Part shown: piece after piece, positions 1-7,212 of the stretch
Layout: each line of letters starts with the position of its first letter
Numbering within the stretch: position 1 is the stretch's first letter
Virus record (IMG/VR): IMGVR_UViG_2778260995_000017
Location: 1 to 7,524 of that record
Strand: one strand, 5' to 3'
DNA: 7,524 nucleotides
From: a virus
Lineage: Duplodnaviria > Heunggongvirae > Uroviricota > Caudoviricetes
Position numbers and translations under genes: made by a program
Notes under the pieces: generated by a model
Seen by the model: the letters and a program-made list of their open reading frames with translations, nothing else
The model's database searches: none
Told to the model about the DNA's origin: nothing

Positions 1-288
1 TTAACGGATCAACAGCCAGACCAGCAGACACGCCACCACCGGCACAGCAAAATCCATCAGGCTTGCCACATCCCAAGCACGCGGATCAAAACCGCCCCAC
101 CACGGCATATTCATTCGCTTGCCATGCCCGAACATTTCAATCCAGCGATATTCTGCCTGGGTATGTTCACGAGCGATGAAGAATGTACAACCAGCTATCG
201 CACCGTAAGCCCAGTTTCCGGTAAAAAGACCAACCAGTACCTGCGCAGCCACAGCACAAAGTGCATGAAGTAAGGGGCTTATATCCAT
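1..288 (-). CDS. Hypothetical small membrane protein (95 aa, two or three predicted transmembrane segments)
   Basis: ATG at 286-288 is preceded by a strong AGGAGG Shine-Dalgarno (minus-strand reading AAAGGAGGAGTAATG), 13 nt after the stop of the 233-aa gene. Hydrophobic N-terminal stretch (LLHALCAVAAQVLVGLFTGNWAYGAIAGCTFFIA) and C-terminal stretch (LMDFAVPVVACLLVWLLIR) flank a Trp/Arg-rich loop. Stop TAA at 1-3, exactly at the window edge. Confidence 0.55.
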   Translation of the reverse strand: MDISPLLHALCAVAAQVLVGLFTGNWAYGAIAGCTFFIAREHTQAEYRWIEMFGHGKRMNMPWWGGFDPRAWDVASLMDFAVPVVACLLVWLLIR

Positions 289-301
289 TACTCCTCCTTT
301 A

Positions 302-1003
302 TCAGATATCGTTTCGGGAAGTTGATAACAACTTTAATTCTGACTGAAGTTCATCAACTCTTTCTGTCAGTTTCTGGATATGGTGAATCAGTGGAACAAC
401 CAGACGTTCGTACATTACACCTTCGGCAACAAGGCCATTGCTGGAAATAGCTTCCGGTGCATCATCTTCGTTAGCTGGTCGCCAGTGTACAAACTGAGGG
501 GCAATTTCTCCTACTTCCTCGGCAATCAATCCGTAGAATCCCCAGTCACGCCTGTCATTTTCGCATTGCGACCTGTACCACACAGGGCGCATCTTGAAAA
601 TGAGATCGGCGTGCTCTGAATCTATCGTCTCTACTGAATGTTTATAGCGAATAGACGATGTTGACCGCAGTACAGACGAAATTGCGGGGTCAGGATTAAG
701 ATAAAGGTTTGCCGCCGCTGTAGTCGTGGCCAAATTCCATAAATAAAACGCTTCTCGACCTGTCAGCGGGTAAAAATCACCGCCATAACGACCGCTTTCC
801 AGATCGTTCGCTTCCACTTTGTTTTTCAGCTTATTATCAACTTCAGTTTTTGTGTATCTGGTGCTGATATCCTGCTTTGCACTGGTCATATCAGTCTGAA
901 GCGTTGATACTTTTCCGTTAATTGAGGAAATATCTTCCTTAGCTTTACTGACATCTCCCTTTAGCGTGGTAATGTCTCCCGGAATTACTGTCGATGTAGC
1001 CAT
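302..1003 (-). CDS. Coiled-coil protein (233 aa) with a C-terminal peptidase S74-like intramolecular chaperone domain (tail-fibre / endosialidase C-terminal chaperone type)
   Basis: ATG at 1001-1003 with a GAGGAAG ribosome-binding site in the 9-bp gap after the upstream stop. The N-terminal half is repeat-like and coiled-coil-like (DITTLKGDVSKAKEDISSINGKVSTLQTDMTSAKQDIS). The C-terminal half carries motifs I recognise from S74 chaperone domains: SSIRYK (the S-D-x-R-L-K-type site holding the nucleophilic Ser and the Lys), GLIAEEV, NGLVAEGVMYERLVVPLIHHIQKL, and a terminal coiled coil. Stop TGA at 302-304. Confidence 0.7.
   Translation of the reverse strand: MATSTVIPGDITTLKGDVSKAKEDISSINGKVSTLQTDMTSAKQDISTRYTKTEVDNKLKNKVEANDLESGRYGGDFYPLTGREAFYLWNLATTTAAANLYLNPDPAISSVLRSTSSIRYKHSVETIDSEHADLIFKMRPVWYRSQCENDRRDWGFYGLIAEEVGEIAPQFVHWRPANEDDAPEAISSNGLVAEGVMYERLVVPLIHHIQKLTERVDELQSELKLLSTSRNDI
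329..658 (-). other. Peptidase S74-like (intramolecular chaperone, auto-processing) domain within the 233-aa protein
   Basis: Spans roughly aa 116-225 of the 233-aa protein, from the putative nucleophilic Ser in SSIRYK to the C-terminal helix. Boundaries are approximate and based on motif positions only. Confidence 0.55.
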
Positions 1004-1012
1004 TTTTCTTCC

Positions 1013-1294
1013 TCACATCCAGCCACGAAGTTGATGCTCAACAGCAACCACGTATTCATCGAATAATGACAGTGTTTTCACATCATTAATGATGCGCACG
1101 TTTACAAAATATCCGTCTTCCTTAACACATACCGGTTCGCCATCTTCATTCAGTTCTCCGGTTTCTTTGTACACGTTACCTATCACGTCAATAAGAATAT
1201 CATCCTGCATCGACTCATCATTATAATAGCCAATACTTCCCATAAAGGCCGAAAAGTCGACCCTGTCGGCAAATTTGAGTGTTAAATCTTTCAT
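1013..1294 (-). CDS. Hypothetical small acidic protein (93 aa), translationally coupled to stf; possible fibre-specific assembly factor
   Basis: Its ATG (1292-1294) overlaps the stf stop (1291-1293) as ATGA. A G-rich Shine-Dalgarno (GGGGGAGAG) lies upstream inside the stf 3' end. No recognisable similarity to lambda Tfa. Stop TGA at 1013-1015. The coding call is supported by the coupling and the ribosome-binding site; the function is inference. Confidence 0.55.
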   Translation of the reverse strand: MKDLTLKFADRVDFSAFMGSIGYYNDESMQDDILIDVIGNVYKETGELNEDGEPVCVKEDGYFVNVRIINDVKTLSLFDEYVVAVEHQLRGWM

Positions 1295-3678
1295 TTAATA
1301 CTCTCCCCCATTTGCGCATCAGTTAATTCTTTATGCCATATTCTGAAATTCCTGATGTGTCCAAACAAATGCCTCGTTCCGGCAGTTGTCTGCCCTCCTA
1401 TTCTTATTGCCGTTGATTTTATAGCACCACCCCATGAAGTACTGACTTTTGATGAAATGTTACCATTCAGCGACGCTGCTAAGCCGCCATCTTTGTCTAT
1501 TTTAACTCCATATATTCCAGTGTTTACAACTTCATTGTTACCAGTTCCTCTTGACGGGGAACCAACGCTAACATATGCCGATCCAGGAAGAACTGTTGAT
1601 GTCGGCCCTCGGAATGCAAATATAAAAGACTCTTCAGCGAATGATGATGTTGCGTTCAGGTCAAAAATTCTTGGTGCTCCGTTTGGCACAATATCCCAAT
1701 TCTTATTAACTTCAATAAGAACACTGATAGGTTGTTTATAAATATTGTTTCTTGCGGGAATAGTTACCATATCACTTGCACGGGTCGCCGCCGTCGTTCC
1801 TGATATAATAAAAGATGATACACAAGCCCCATTCTCTACTTGTGGGGTAGCCAGATAAATATAGTCACCTGATACGGTTGCCCCGCCCTGCTTAGGTGAA
1901 TACTGTATCTGAGAGCCTATTTTTAACTCACCATCAATTGCCTGAATTGTTGCCTCAGCAAAAATCCATCCTGTAGTTTCATCCTTCCTGACTCGTGCCG
2001 TAATTCTACCGGAAGCACCACCTGTCATATTAATTTCAAGCGTTTGCGTATCAATATACGCATCACCAAGAAAAGTTGTTGCACTACCGTCATATTTATC
2101 AAATCGGATACGCAACCTTACCTGCAGTTCTGTTTTAAAACGACATGATGTTGTCACGTACTTATTATCGCCTGAGACATCAACTGACTTTGTTGCAGCA
2201 ATTGATGCCATATTAATGGCTGAGGTTTGCCCAATCAGAGAATCGTTGCAGACAAACTTTCCATAGGTAAAACCAAAACTATCCGTCCCGGTTTCGGGAA
2301 CATCCATATTTGACGATCGCCCCCAACTGGCAGGGTTTTCCGAATTGAGCATGTAGTTTGTTCTTTGCCCCTCAATAAGCAGACCATCACGTTCAAATCG
2401 TGGCTCGTCAATGGCAGCCTCTGTCAGCACACCAGATTTATTAATATAGGTTGCTTTCGACGCTCGTTTAAATTTAACAATCTTGTCGCCAGGCATCGTT
2501 ATTTCATCGTCACCAATAACAATTCTTTTATATGATGGCGAAAAGCCCGTAATCATATCCAGTGAATCGTTAAATGGTATCCACACATCAGGCAGCGGCT
2601 GTAAGACATATTTATACGGCTCTGCTGCCTGGCTTGCATACTCTCTGGCTGCGTCTTCACTTGCTTTTGCAGCCGTCTGGCTTGCTGCCGATGCTTTCGC
2701 CGAGTTCGCCGCCGCTGTTTCGCTCGCCTTTGCGTTGGTTTCACTGGTTTTTGCTGCTTTTTGACTGTTAGCTGATGCAGTGGCAGAAGCAGCCGCCGCG
2801 CTTGCAGAACCAGCTGCAGCACTCTCGCTTTCGGCTGCTGCATCCTGACTGCTTTTCGCCGCAGTTTCGCTGGCTTTTGCATTCGTTTCGCTGGTCTTCG
2901 CTGCCGTCTGACTGGACTTTGCGTTAGTTTCACTCGTCTTCGCGGCTTTCTGGCTGTTAGCCGCAGCAGTTGCTGATCCAGCTGCTGAAGTCGCAGAACC
3001 GGCTGCCGCGCTCTCGCTTTCGGCTGCTGCATCCTGACTGCTTTTCGCCGCAGTTTCACTGGCTTTGGCATTCGTTTCGCTGGTTTTCGCTGCCGTCTGG
3101 CTGGACTTTGCGTTGGTTTCGCTCGTCTTTGCGGCTGTCTCGCTGTTTTTCGCGTTGGTTTCTGATTTTTTGGCTGCTGTCGCGGAGTTTGCCGATGCAG
3201 TCTGCGAGGACGCTGCCGCCTGTGCGCTGTTAGCTGCATTCGTTTCTGAGGTTTTCGCCGCGTTCTTCGATGAAGCCGCTGCAGTTTCGGATTTCTTTGC
3301 CGCCGCTGCGCTCTGAGAGGCGGCTTCGGCGTTGCGTGCCGCTTCTTCCACCATTTCCTCAAAACGGCGCAATGCCTCCGGCATAACATCCTCTTCCGTC
3401 ATGGCACCGAGAAAATCATTCAGCGTACCTGGTCTGGAACCTTCATAGACGGTAATGGTCCCGGCATGTGAAGGCGGAAAACCTTCAACTAGCAGGGTGA
3501 CGCTGTACTGGCCATACTCAACATCCATGCTGTAACGCCCGGCTTCATCCGGATTTTCAGAGGCCACCGTGTTCACCAGTACCGTGGTGCTGTTACGCTT
3601 TGCCTTCAGTTGAATAGTGCAGTTCTGTATTGGTTTTCCCGCACCATCTTTCAGCACACCTGAAATCTGTACTGCCAT
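1291..3678 (-). CDS. stf: Side tail fibre protein (Stf-like): lambda-Stf-type N-terminal domain, Ala/Ser/Thr-rich repetitive shaft, and a distal domain of about 440 aa unlike lambda's
   Basis: ATG at 3676-3678 is preceded by GGAG (minus-strand reading TGGAGTGAGTATG). The ORF track starts two codons earlier at a GTG (3682-3684); I prefer the ATG because MAVQISGVLKDGAGKPIQNCTIQLKAKRNSTTV...RYSMDVEYGQYSV...GFPPSHAGTITVYE aligns with the lambda Stf N-terminus (MAVKISGVLKDG...) as I recall it. The C-terminal tail ...TRHLFGHIRNFRIWHKELTDAQM resembles the end of concanavalin A-like / laminin-G-type lectin domains, which is a tentative reading. Stop TGA at 1291-1293. Confidence 0.85.
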   Translation of the reverse strand: MAVQISGVLKDGAGKPIQNCTIQLKAKRNSTTVLVNTVASENPDEAGRYSMDVEYGQYSVTLLVEGFPPSHAGTITVYEGSRPGTLNDFLGAMTEEDVMPEALRRFEEMVEEAARNAEAASQSAAAAKKSETAAASSKNAAKTSETNAANSAQAAASSQTASANSATAAKKSETNAKNSETAAKTSETNAKSSQTAAKTSETNAKASETAAKSSQDAAAESESAAAGSATSAAGSATAAANSQKAAKTSETNAKSSQTAAKTSETNAKASETAAKSSQDAAAESESAAAGSASAAAASATASANSQKAAKTSETNAKASETAAANSAKASAASQTAAKASEDAAREYASQAAEPYKYVLQPLPDVWIPFNDSLDMITGFSPSYKRIVIGDDEITMPGDKIVKFKRASKATYINKSGVLTEAAIDEPRFERDGLLIEGQRTNYMLNSENPASWGRSSNMDVPETGTDSFGFTYGKFVCNDSLIGQTSAINMASIAATKSVDVSGDNKYVTTSCRFKTELQVRLRIRFDKYDGSATTFLGDAYIDTQTLEINMTGGASGRITARVRKDETTGWIFAEATIQAIDGELKIGSQIQYSPKQGGATVSGDYIYLATPQVENGACVSSFIISGTTAATRASDMVTIPARNNIYKQPISVLIEVNKNWDIVPNGAPRIFDLNATSSFAEESFIFAFRGPTSTVLPGSAYVSVGSPSRGTGNNEVVNTGIYGVKIDKDGGLAASLNGNISSKVSTSWGGAIKSTAIRIGGQTTAGTRHLFGHIRNFRIWHKELTDAQMGESIK
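2750..3140. repeat. Direct tandem duplication of a 189-bp unit (63 codons) inside stf, within a longer Ala/Ser/Thr-rich low-complexity stretch (about 2620-3340)
   Basis: Two near-identical adjacent DNA copies: for example CTCTCGCTTTCGGCTGCTGCATCCTGACTGC occurs at about 2822 and again at about 3011, and TTAGC...GCAG at 2768 and 2957. At protein level the unit KTSETNAKSSQTAAKTSETNAKASETAAKSSQDAAAESESAAAGSA...ANSQKAA occurs twice in frame. Flanking sequence holds degenerate partial copies. Confidence 0.85.
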
Positions 3679-3688
3679 ACTCACTCCA

Positions 3689-3717
3689 CAAATAAAAAAG
3701 GCGCCATTTCTGGCGCC
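3689..3717 (-). terminator. Rho-independent terminator-like hairpin plus T-tract immediately downstream of J
   Basis: Minus-strand reading GGCGCC-AGAAAT-GGCGCC followed by TTTTTTTATTTG. Plus-strand stem arms are 3700-3705 and 3712-3717, and the A-run is 3691-3699. Lies between the J stop (3739) and the stf ribosome-binding site. Confidence 0.6.
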
Positions 3718-3738
3718 CGTATTGGGGTTATAAATATT

Positions 3739-4200
3739 TCAACGGATACTGATACCGGAAGCAGCTTTTTTGGTCACAATTACCGTACAGTCTGTGATGT
3801 TACCTGCGCCCTGATTGCCTTTCTGGAAAATCTTAAACTCCAGAGTGACGCTACCACCACCACTCGGCATATCAATAACCGCACTGTAACTACCGGGAAT
3901 GGCTCCTTTAGTTTCTCTGGATGCGATTAATACGCCGTTTTTGCGAACTTCAAAACCATAACCCGTATATCGCGTACCTCCCGGGTTATTACCGCTCCCC
4001 GGATCGTCATACGCCATACCGTTAAAAATAATGGGCGGAATAATAATCTGGCGGTCAAAGTTATGATCATCGTAAATGGTGACTGTAACCGTCCCGTTTG
4101 GTGTTTCCGTGTTACCCCACGTACCAGCCTGTTTCGGGAATGATTTGGATACAGTTTTAACGAAGTCACCTCTGACCTGGTTCGCCTCCAGCATGCCCTT
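3739..4200 (-). other. Divergent C-terminal (putative receptor-binding) segment of J
   Basis: Roughly the C-terminal 150 codons of J. The protein sequence departs from the lambda-like body here, and the DNA becomes visibly more AT-rich than the GC-rich J body upstream (about 4300-7150). Boundary is approximate. Confidence 0.55.
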
Positions 4201-7152
4201 AATCGTACAGTTTTCATTTATCGTGACGTTGTTGAGCGTCCCGGAGTTCGCATTCACGTTACCGCTGATATCGGCATTTTTCGCCGTCAGCCGCCCGTCC
4301 GGTGTCAGGGAAAATACCGGCGGATTGCCGCCGCTGGTAATGGTGGGAGCCGTCAGATACTTCAGGAACACTTCGTTCATGAATATCTGGTTGCCCTGCG
4401 CCACAAACATCGGCGTTTCATTCCCGTTTGCCGGGTCAATAAACGCAATACGGTTAGCGGCAACCAGGAACTGGCTCAGTTTGCCTTCCTCCGTATCCTC
4501 CATGCTGAGGCCAAGCCCCGCGACATAATGCCTACCGTCTTCGGTCTGCTCAATTTTGACGCCCCACATGGCATTCCATTTATCGTTGGCGTCTTTCCAC
4601 TCTTTCGAAAACTGATCCAGTCTGCTGGCGTTATCCTCCGTCAGGTCGACTTTTTCCAGCAGTTCCTTGCCGAGATGGGATTCGGTTATCTGGCCTTTGA
4701 AAAAATCCAGGTAACCTTCCGCATCATCGCTCGCCCGACCGACGGCCTCCACGAATGCCGATTTGCCAACAGTATTCACACTGCGGATATAAAAATAATA
4801 ATCATGGCCCGGTTTGATATTGATACTGGCAGCTATCCAGTACAGCGCCGTGCCAAGATAGCGGGCTGTGGTTTCAACCTGCCTGATATCCGCAATCCGC
4901 TTTTCCGAGAACCAGAACTCAAACTGTACCGTCGGGTCATAAACGGCAAGATGCGGCGTGGCGGTGATCTGAAAATAGCCCGGCGTCAGCTCAATCCGCG
5001 ACGGTGCTGCCGGTGCGGCAATCCGGAACGATACCGATGCCGGATCGCCCTGCTGCCCCCAGGCATTTGCCGCCCGGACTGTCAGCCTGTAATTTCCCAG
5101 CGCCAGTTGCCTGAAGCGGTATGTGGTTTCCGTCGTCCGGGTCGTGCTGACCAGCCGCTCACTGCCGTCATCCGCTGCCACGGTCAGGCGAAGCATAAAG
5201 CTCACCCCCTTCACCACCTTCGGCGTATCCCAGCGCGCCAGCACCTGGTATTCCCCACTGTCTGCGGTGACTTCGGCAGTCAGGTGCTGCACCGCTGGCG
5301 GCGTGACACCATTCATCGTGCCGCTCTGGTCGCCGTCAAAGTGCGCCCCGTTATCCACAATGGCTTCTTTTTCCGGGACATGCTGCACGGCAGTGATGGC
5401 ATACGTGCCGCCATCGTTCTCACGGATACTCACACAACGGAACAGGCGCTGGCGCAGCGTCGGCAGCTTCAGCCCCCACACGCTGTACTCGGCAACGCCG
5501 TCAGGAACCCGGCTCACTTTCACCTTCACGCCGTCGGTGACGGACTGGACCTCCACGCTGACCGGATTCCCCTGTCCGTCAACCAGGCTTATCAGCGCGG
5601 TGCCGGAGGATGGCAGCGTGATTTCACGGTCGAGCGTCAGTGTCCGGGTCTGGCTGTTCACCGCCAGCACGCGCCCGCCGATGCTGATCCCCGCATAGTC
5701 ATCATCACAGATTTCAATGACATCACCCGGTACATGGCGAAGCCCTTCGGCCCCCACGCTGAAGTCCACGGTCTGCGTTTCCAGCAGTTCCGTTTTAATC
5801 AGCCACAGCCCGGCGCGGTGCGCCTGCCCCCGGCTGGTACAGCCAAAGGCATCCATCTTCGTGACGTTACGACCGTAACGGGCAATGGCCTGCGTATCTT
5901 CAACAAGCTCTGTCGCCGTCTCCCAGCCGTTGTTCGGGTCAATCCAGTTCACCTCAACGGCATTATGGCGGTCCTTCAGGGCGCTGAAGCTGTAGCGGAA
6001 CGGCGCGCCATCATCCGGCATCACCACATTACTGCGGTTATAGGTCCACACCTTATCTGATGGTCGGTCCTGCACGAACGTCAGCGTCTGCCCGTTCCAT
6101 ACCGGCATACAGCGCATCGCCGAGCAGAAATCACTGAGCACATCCCACGCCTTACGCTGCGTGGTCAGCCAGGCATTACAGGTGATGCGCGGCTCCGTGC
6201 CGCCAAAACCGTCCGGCACTGACTGGTCGCAGTACTGGCCGATGACATACAGCGCCCATTTATCCACATCCGCCGCACCAAGACGTTTCCCCATGCCGTA
6301 GCGCGGGTGGGTCAGCATATCCCACAGACACCAGGCCGGGTTGTTGCTGTATGCCGGCTTAAACGTTCCGTCCCAGATACCGCTGTATTGCCGCGTCTGC
6401 GGGTTATAGTTCGACGGCACCTGCAGAATGCGCCCGCGAAGATGATAATTACGGCTCACCTGCTGGCTGCCGAACTGCTCCGAGTCCACCTGCACGCCGA
6501 CCAGTGCCGTGTTCGGGTAGCACTGTTTCACATCGATGATTTCGGTGTATGACGACCAGAGCGTTTTGTTCTGCAGCTGGTCTGTGGTGCTGTCCGGCGT
6601 CATCCTGCGCATCCGGATATTAAACGGGCGCGGCGGCAGGCTACCCACCACCACCGAGGCCAGATACTGCGAGGTGGTTTTGCCCTTAATGGTGATGTCT
6701 TTTTCCGTCACCCAGCCACCGTTACGTTGTATCTGAACCAGCAGACGGACTTCCGACGGATTCCTGTCACCCTTTGAGGAGGTTTCCACCAGTGCCTGTA
6801 CACCGAAGGTAAAGCGCAGACGGTCGATGTTTGCAGACGTAATGGTGCGGGTGATCGGCGTGTCATATTTCACTTCCGTACCCAGCACCGTCTCGGAGCC
6901 GGAGGATTCAAACCCCTCCGGCGGTGTCTGCTCCTGCTCACCGGCACGGAACACCACCGTGACACCGGAGATGTTGGTATTCCCCTCAGTGTCCAGCACC
7001 GGCGTACTGTTCAGCAGCACGCTTTTTAATCCATCCACCGGACCTTCAACCGGCCCTTCGCTGATGGCATCGATCACACTCAGCAACTGCGTGGACTTCA
7101 GGTTATCCTTCGCTTCGCGCGGGGTATGCCCCTTACTGCTTCCTTTACCCAT
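3739..7152 (-). CDS. J: Host specificity protein J (central tail fibre / tip attachment protein, lambda gpJ family), 1137 aa, with a non-lambda C-terminal receptor-binding region
   Basis: ATG at 7150-7152 is preceded by GAGGA (minus-strand reading CGTGAGGAATG). The N-terminus [34 protein letters not shown]... and most of the body are near-identical to lambda gpJ as I recall it, and the length is close to lambda's. The last roughly 150 aa ([22 protein letters not shown]...[10 protein letters not shown]) do not match my recollection of the lambda LamB-binding C-terminus. Stop TGA at 3739-3741. Confidence 0.95.
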   Translation of the reverse strand: MGKGSSKGHTPREAKDNLKSTQLLSVIDAISEGPVEGPVDGLKSVLLNSTPVLDTEGNTNISGVTVVFRAGEQEQTPPEGFESSGSETVLGTEVKYDTPITRTITSANIDRLRFTFGVQALVETSSKGDRNPSEVRLLVQIQRNGGWVTEKDITIKGKTTSQYLASVVVGSLPPRPFNIRMRRMTPDSTTDQLQNKTLWSSYTEIIDVKQCYPNTALVGVQVDSEQFGSQQVSRNYHLRGRILQVPSNYNPQTRQYSGIWDGTFKPAYSNNPAWCLWDMLTHPRYGMGKRLGAADVDKWALYVIGQYCDQSVPDGFGGTEPRITCNAWLTTQRKAWDVLSDFCSAMRCMPVWNGQTLTFVQDRPSDKVWTYNRSNVVMPDDGAPFRYSFSALKDRHNAVEVNWIDPNNGWETATELVEDTQAIARYGRNVTKMDAFGCTSRGQAHRAGLWLIKTELLETQTVDFSVGAEGLRHVPGDVIEICDDDYAGISIGGRVLAVNSQTRTLTLDREITLPSSGTALISLVDGQGNPVSVEVQSVTDGVKVKVSRVPDGVAEYSVWGLKLPTLRQRLFRCVSIRENDGGTYAITAVQHVPEKEAIVDNGAHFDGDQSGTMNGVTPPAVQHLTAEVTADSGEYQVLARWDTPKVVKGVSFMLRLTVAADDGSERLVSTTRTTETTYRFRQLALGNYRLTVRAANAWGQQGDPASVSFRIAAPAAPSRIELTPGYFQITATPHLAVYDPTVQFEFWFSEKRIADIRQVETTARYLGTALYWIAASINIKPGHDYYFYIRSVNTVGKSAFVEAVGRASDDAEGYLDFFKGQITESHLGKELLEKVDLTEDNASRLDQFSKEWKDANDKWNAMWGVKIEQTEDGRHYVAGLGLSMEDTEEGKLSQFLVAANRIAFIDPANGNETPMFVAQGNQIFMNEVFLKYLTAPTITSGGNPPVFSLTPDGRLTAKNADISGNVNANSGTLNNVTINENCTIKGMLEANQVRGDFVKTVSKSFPKQAGTWGNTETPNGTVTVTIYDDHNFDRQIIIPPIIFNGMAYDDPGSGNNPGGTRYTGYGFEVRKNGVLIASRETKGAIPGSYSAVIDMPSGGGSVTLEFKIFQKGNQGAGNITDCTVIVTKKAASGISIR

Positions 7153-7174
7153 TCCTCACGCTCCATAAATGACA

Positions 7175-7194
7175 AAACCGCCCGCAGGCGGTTT
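7175..7194 (-). promoter_or_regulatory. Intergenic stem-loop between I and J (8-bp GC-rich stem AAACCGCC / GGCGGTTT, 4-nt loop)
   Basis: Perfect inverted repeat read directly from the sequence, in the 60-bp gap between the I stop (7213-7215) and the J start (7150-7152). The flanking T-runs are short and interrupted on both strands, so this is more likely an mRNA stability or attenuation element than an efficient terminator. Confidence 0.3.
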
Positions 7195-7212
7195 CACATA
7201 AAACATTTTGCA

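Noticed and set aside
380-1741. Plus-strand ORFs 380..619 (79 aa) and 1355..1741 (128 aa)
   Set aside because: Antisense to the 233-aa gene and to the stf 3' end respectively, with no supporting ribosome-binding site or recognisable protein features.
2483-3316. Plus-strand ORFs of 93, 65, 87 and 83 aa (2483..2764, 2574..2771, 2970..3233, 3065..3316)
   Set aside because: Antisense to the stf repeat region, with repetitive low-complexity translations and no start context. These are by-products of the repeat.
2620-3340. Possibility that the repeats are a CRISPR array or a DGR variable/template repeat pair
   Set aside because: The repeats are directly adjacent 189-bp units with no unique spacers and lie in frame inside a coding shaft. 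There is no reverse transcriptase gene and no adenine-biased mismatch pattern, and the nearby proteins are not Cas-like.
2553-3389. 278-aa minus-strand ORF, extremely Arg/Gln/Lys-rich, overlapping stf in another frame
   Set aside because: Alternate-frame artefact of the Ala/Ser/Thr-rich tandem repeat (GCN/TCN/ACN codons read out of frame). The stf frame carries the lambda-Stf-like N-terminus and continues through the region.
3682-3684. GTG start for stf giving MSMAVQ... as used in the ORF track
   Set aside because: The ATG two codons downstream (3676-3678) has better Shine-Dalgarno spacing and reproduces the lambda Stf N-terminus (MAV.ISGVLKDG). The GTG lies too close to the GGAG.
1291-3684. 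Invertible tail-fibre segment (Mu G / P1 C / e14 Pin-type host-range switch)
   Set aside because: I found no flanking inverted crossover sites and no oppositely oriented alternative fibre C-termini or tfa genes. All genes are co-directional and there is no invertase gene in the window.
3927-4528. Minus-strand 96-aa ORF (3927..4217) and plus-strand 150-aa ORF (4076..4528) within the J 3' region
   Set aside because: Both overlap the J reading frame, which is continuous and lambda-like here. They are alternate-frame or antisense artefacts.
4528-6060. 510-aa plus-strand ORF (and nested 191-aa ORF at 5123..5698) inside the J region
   Set aside because: Lies antisense to J, whose protein is near-identical to lambda gpJ along this stretch. 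The translation is Arg/Pro/His-rich low-complexity sequence typical of an open antisense frame in GC-rich coding DNA, and there is no ribosome-binding site context.
6307-7168. Plus-strand ORFs 6307..6552, 6536..6736 and 6827..7168
   Set aside because: Antisense to the well-supported J N-terminal region, so not credible genes.
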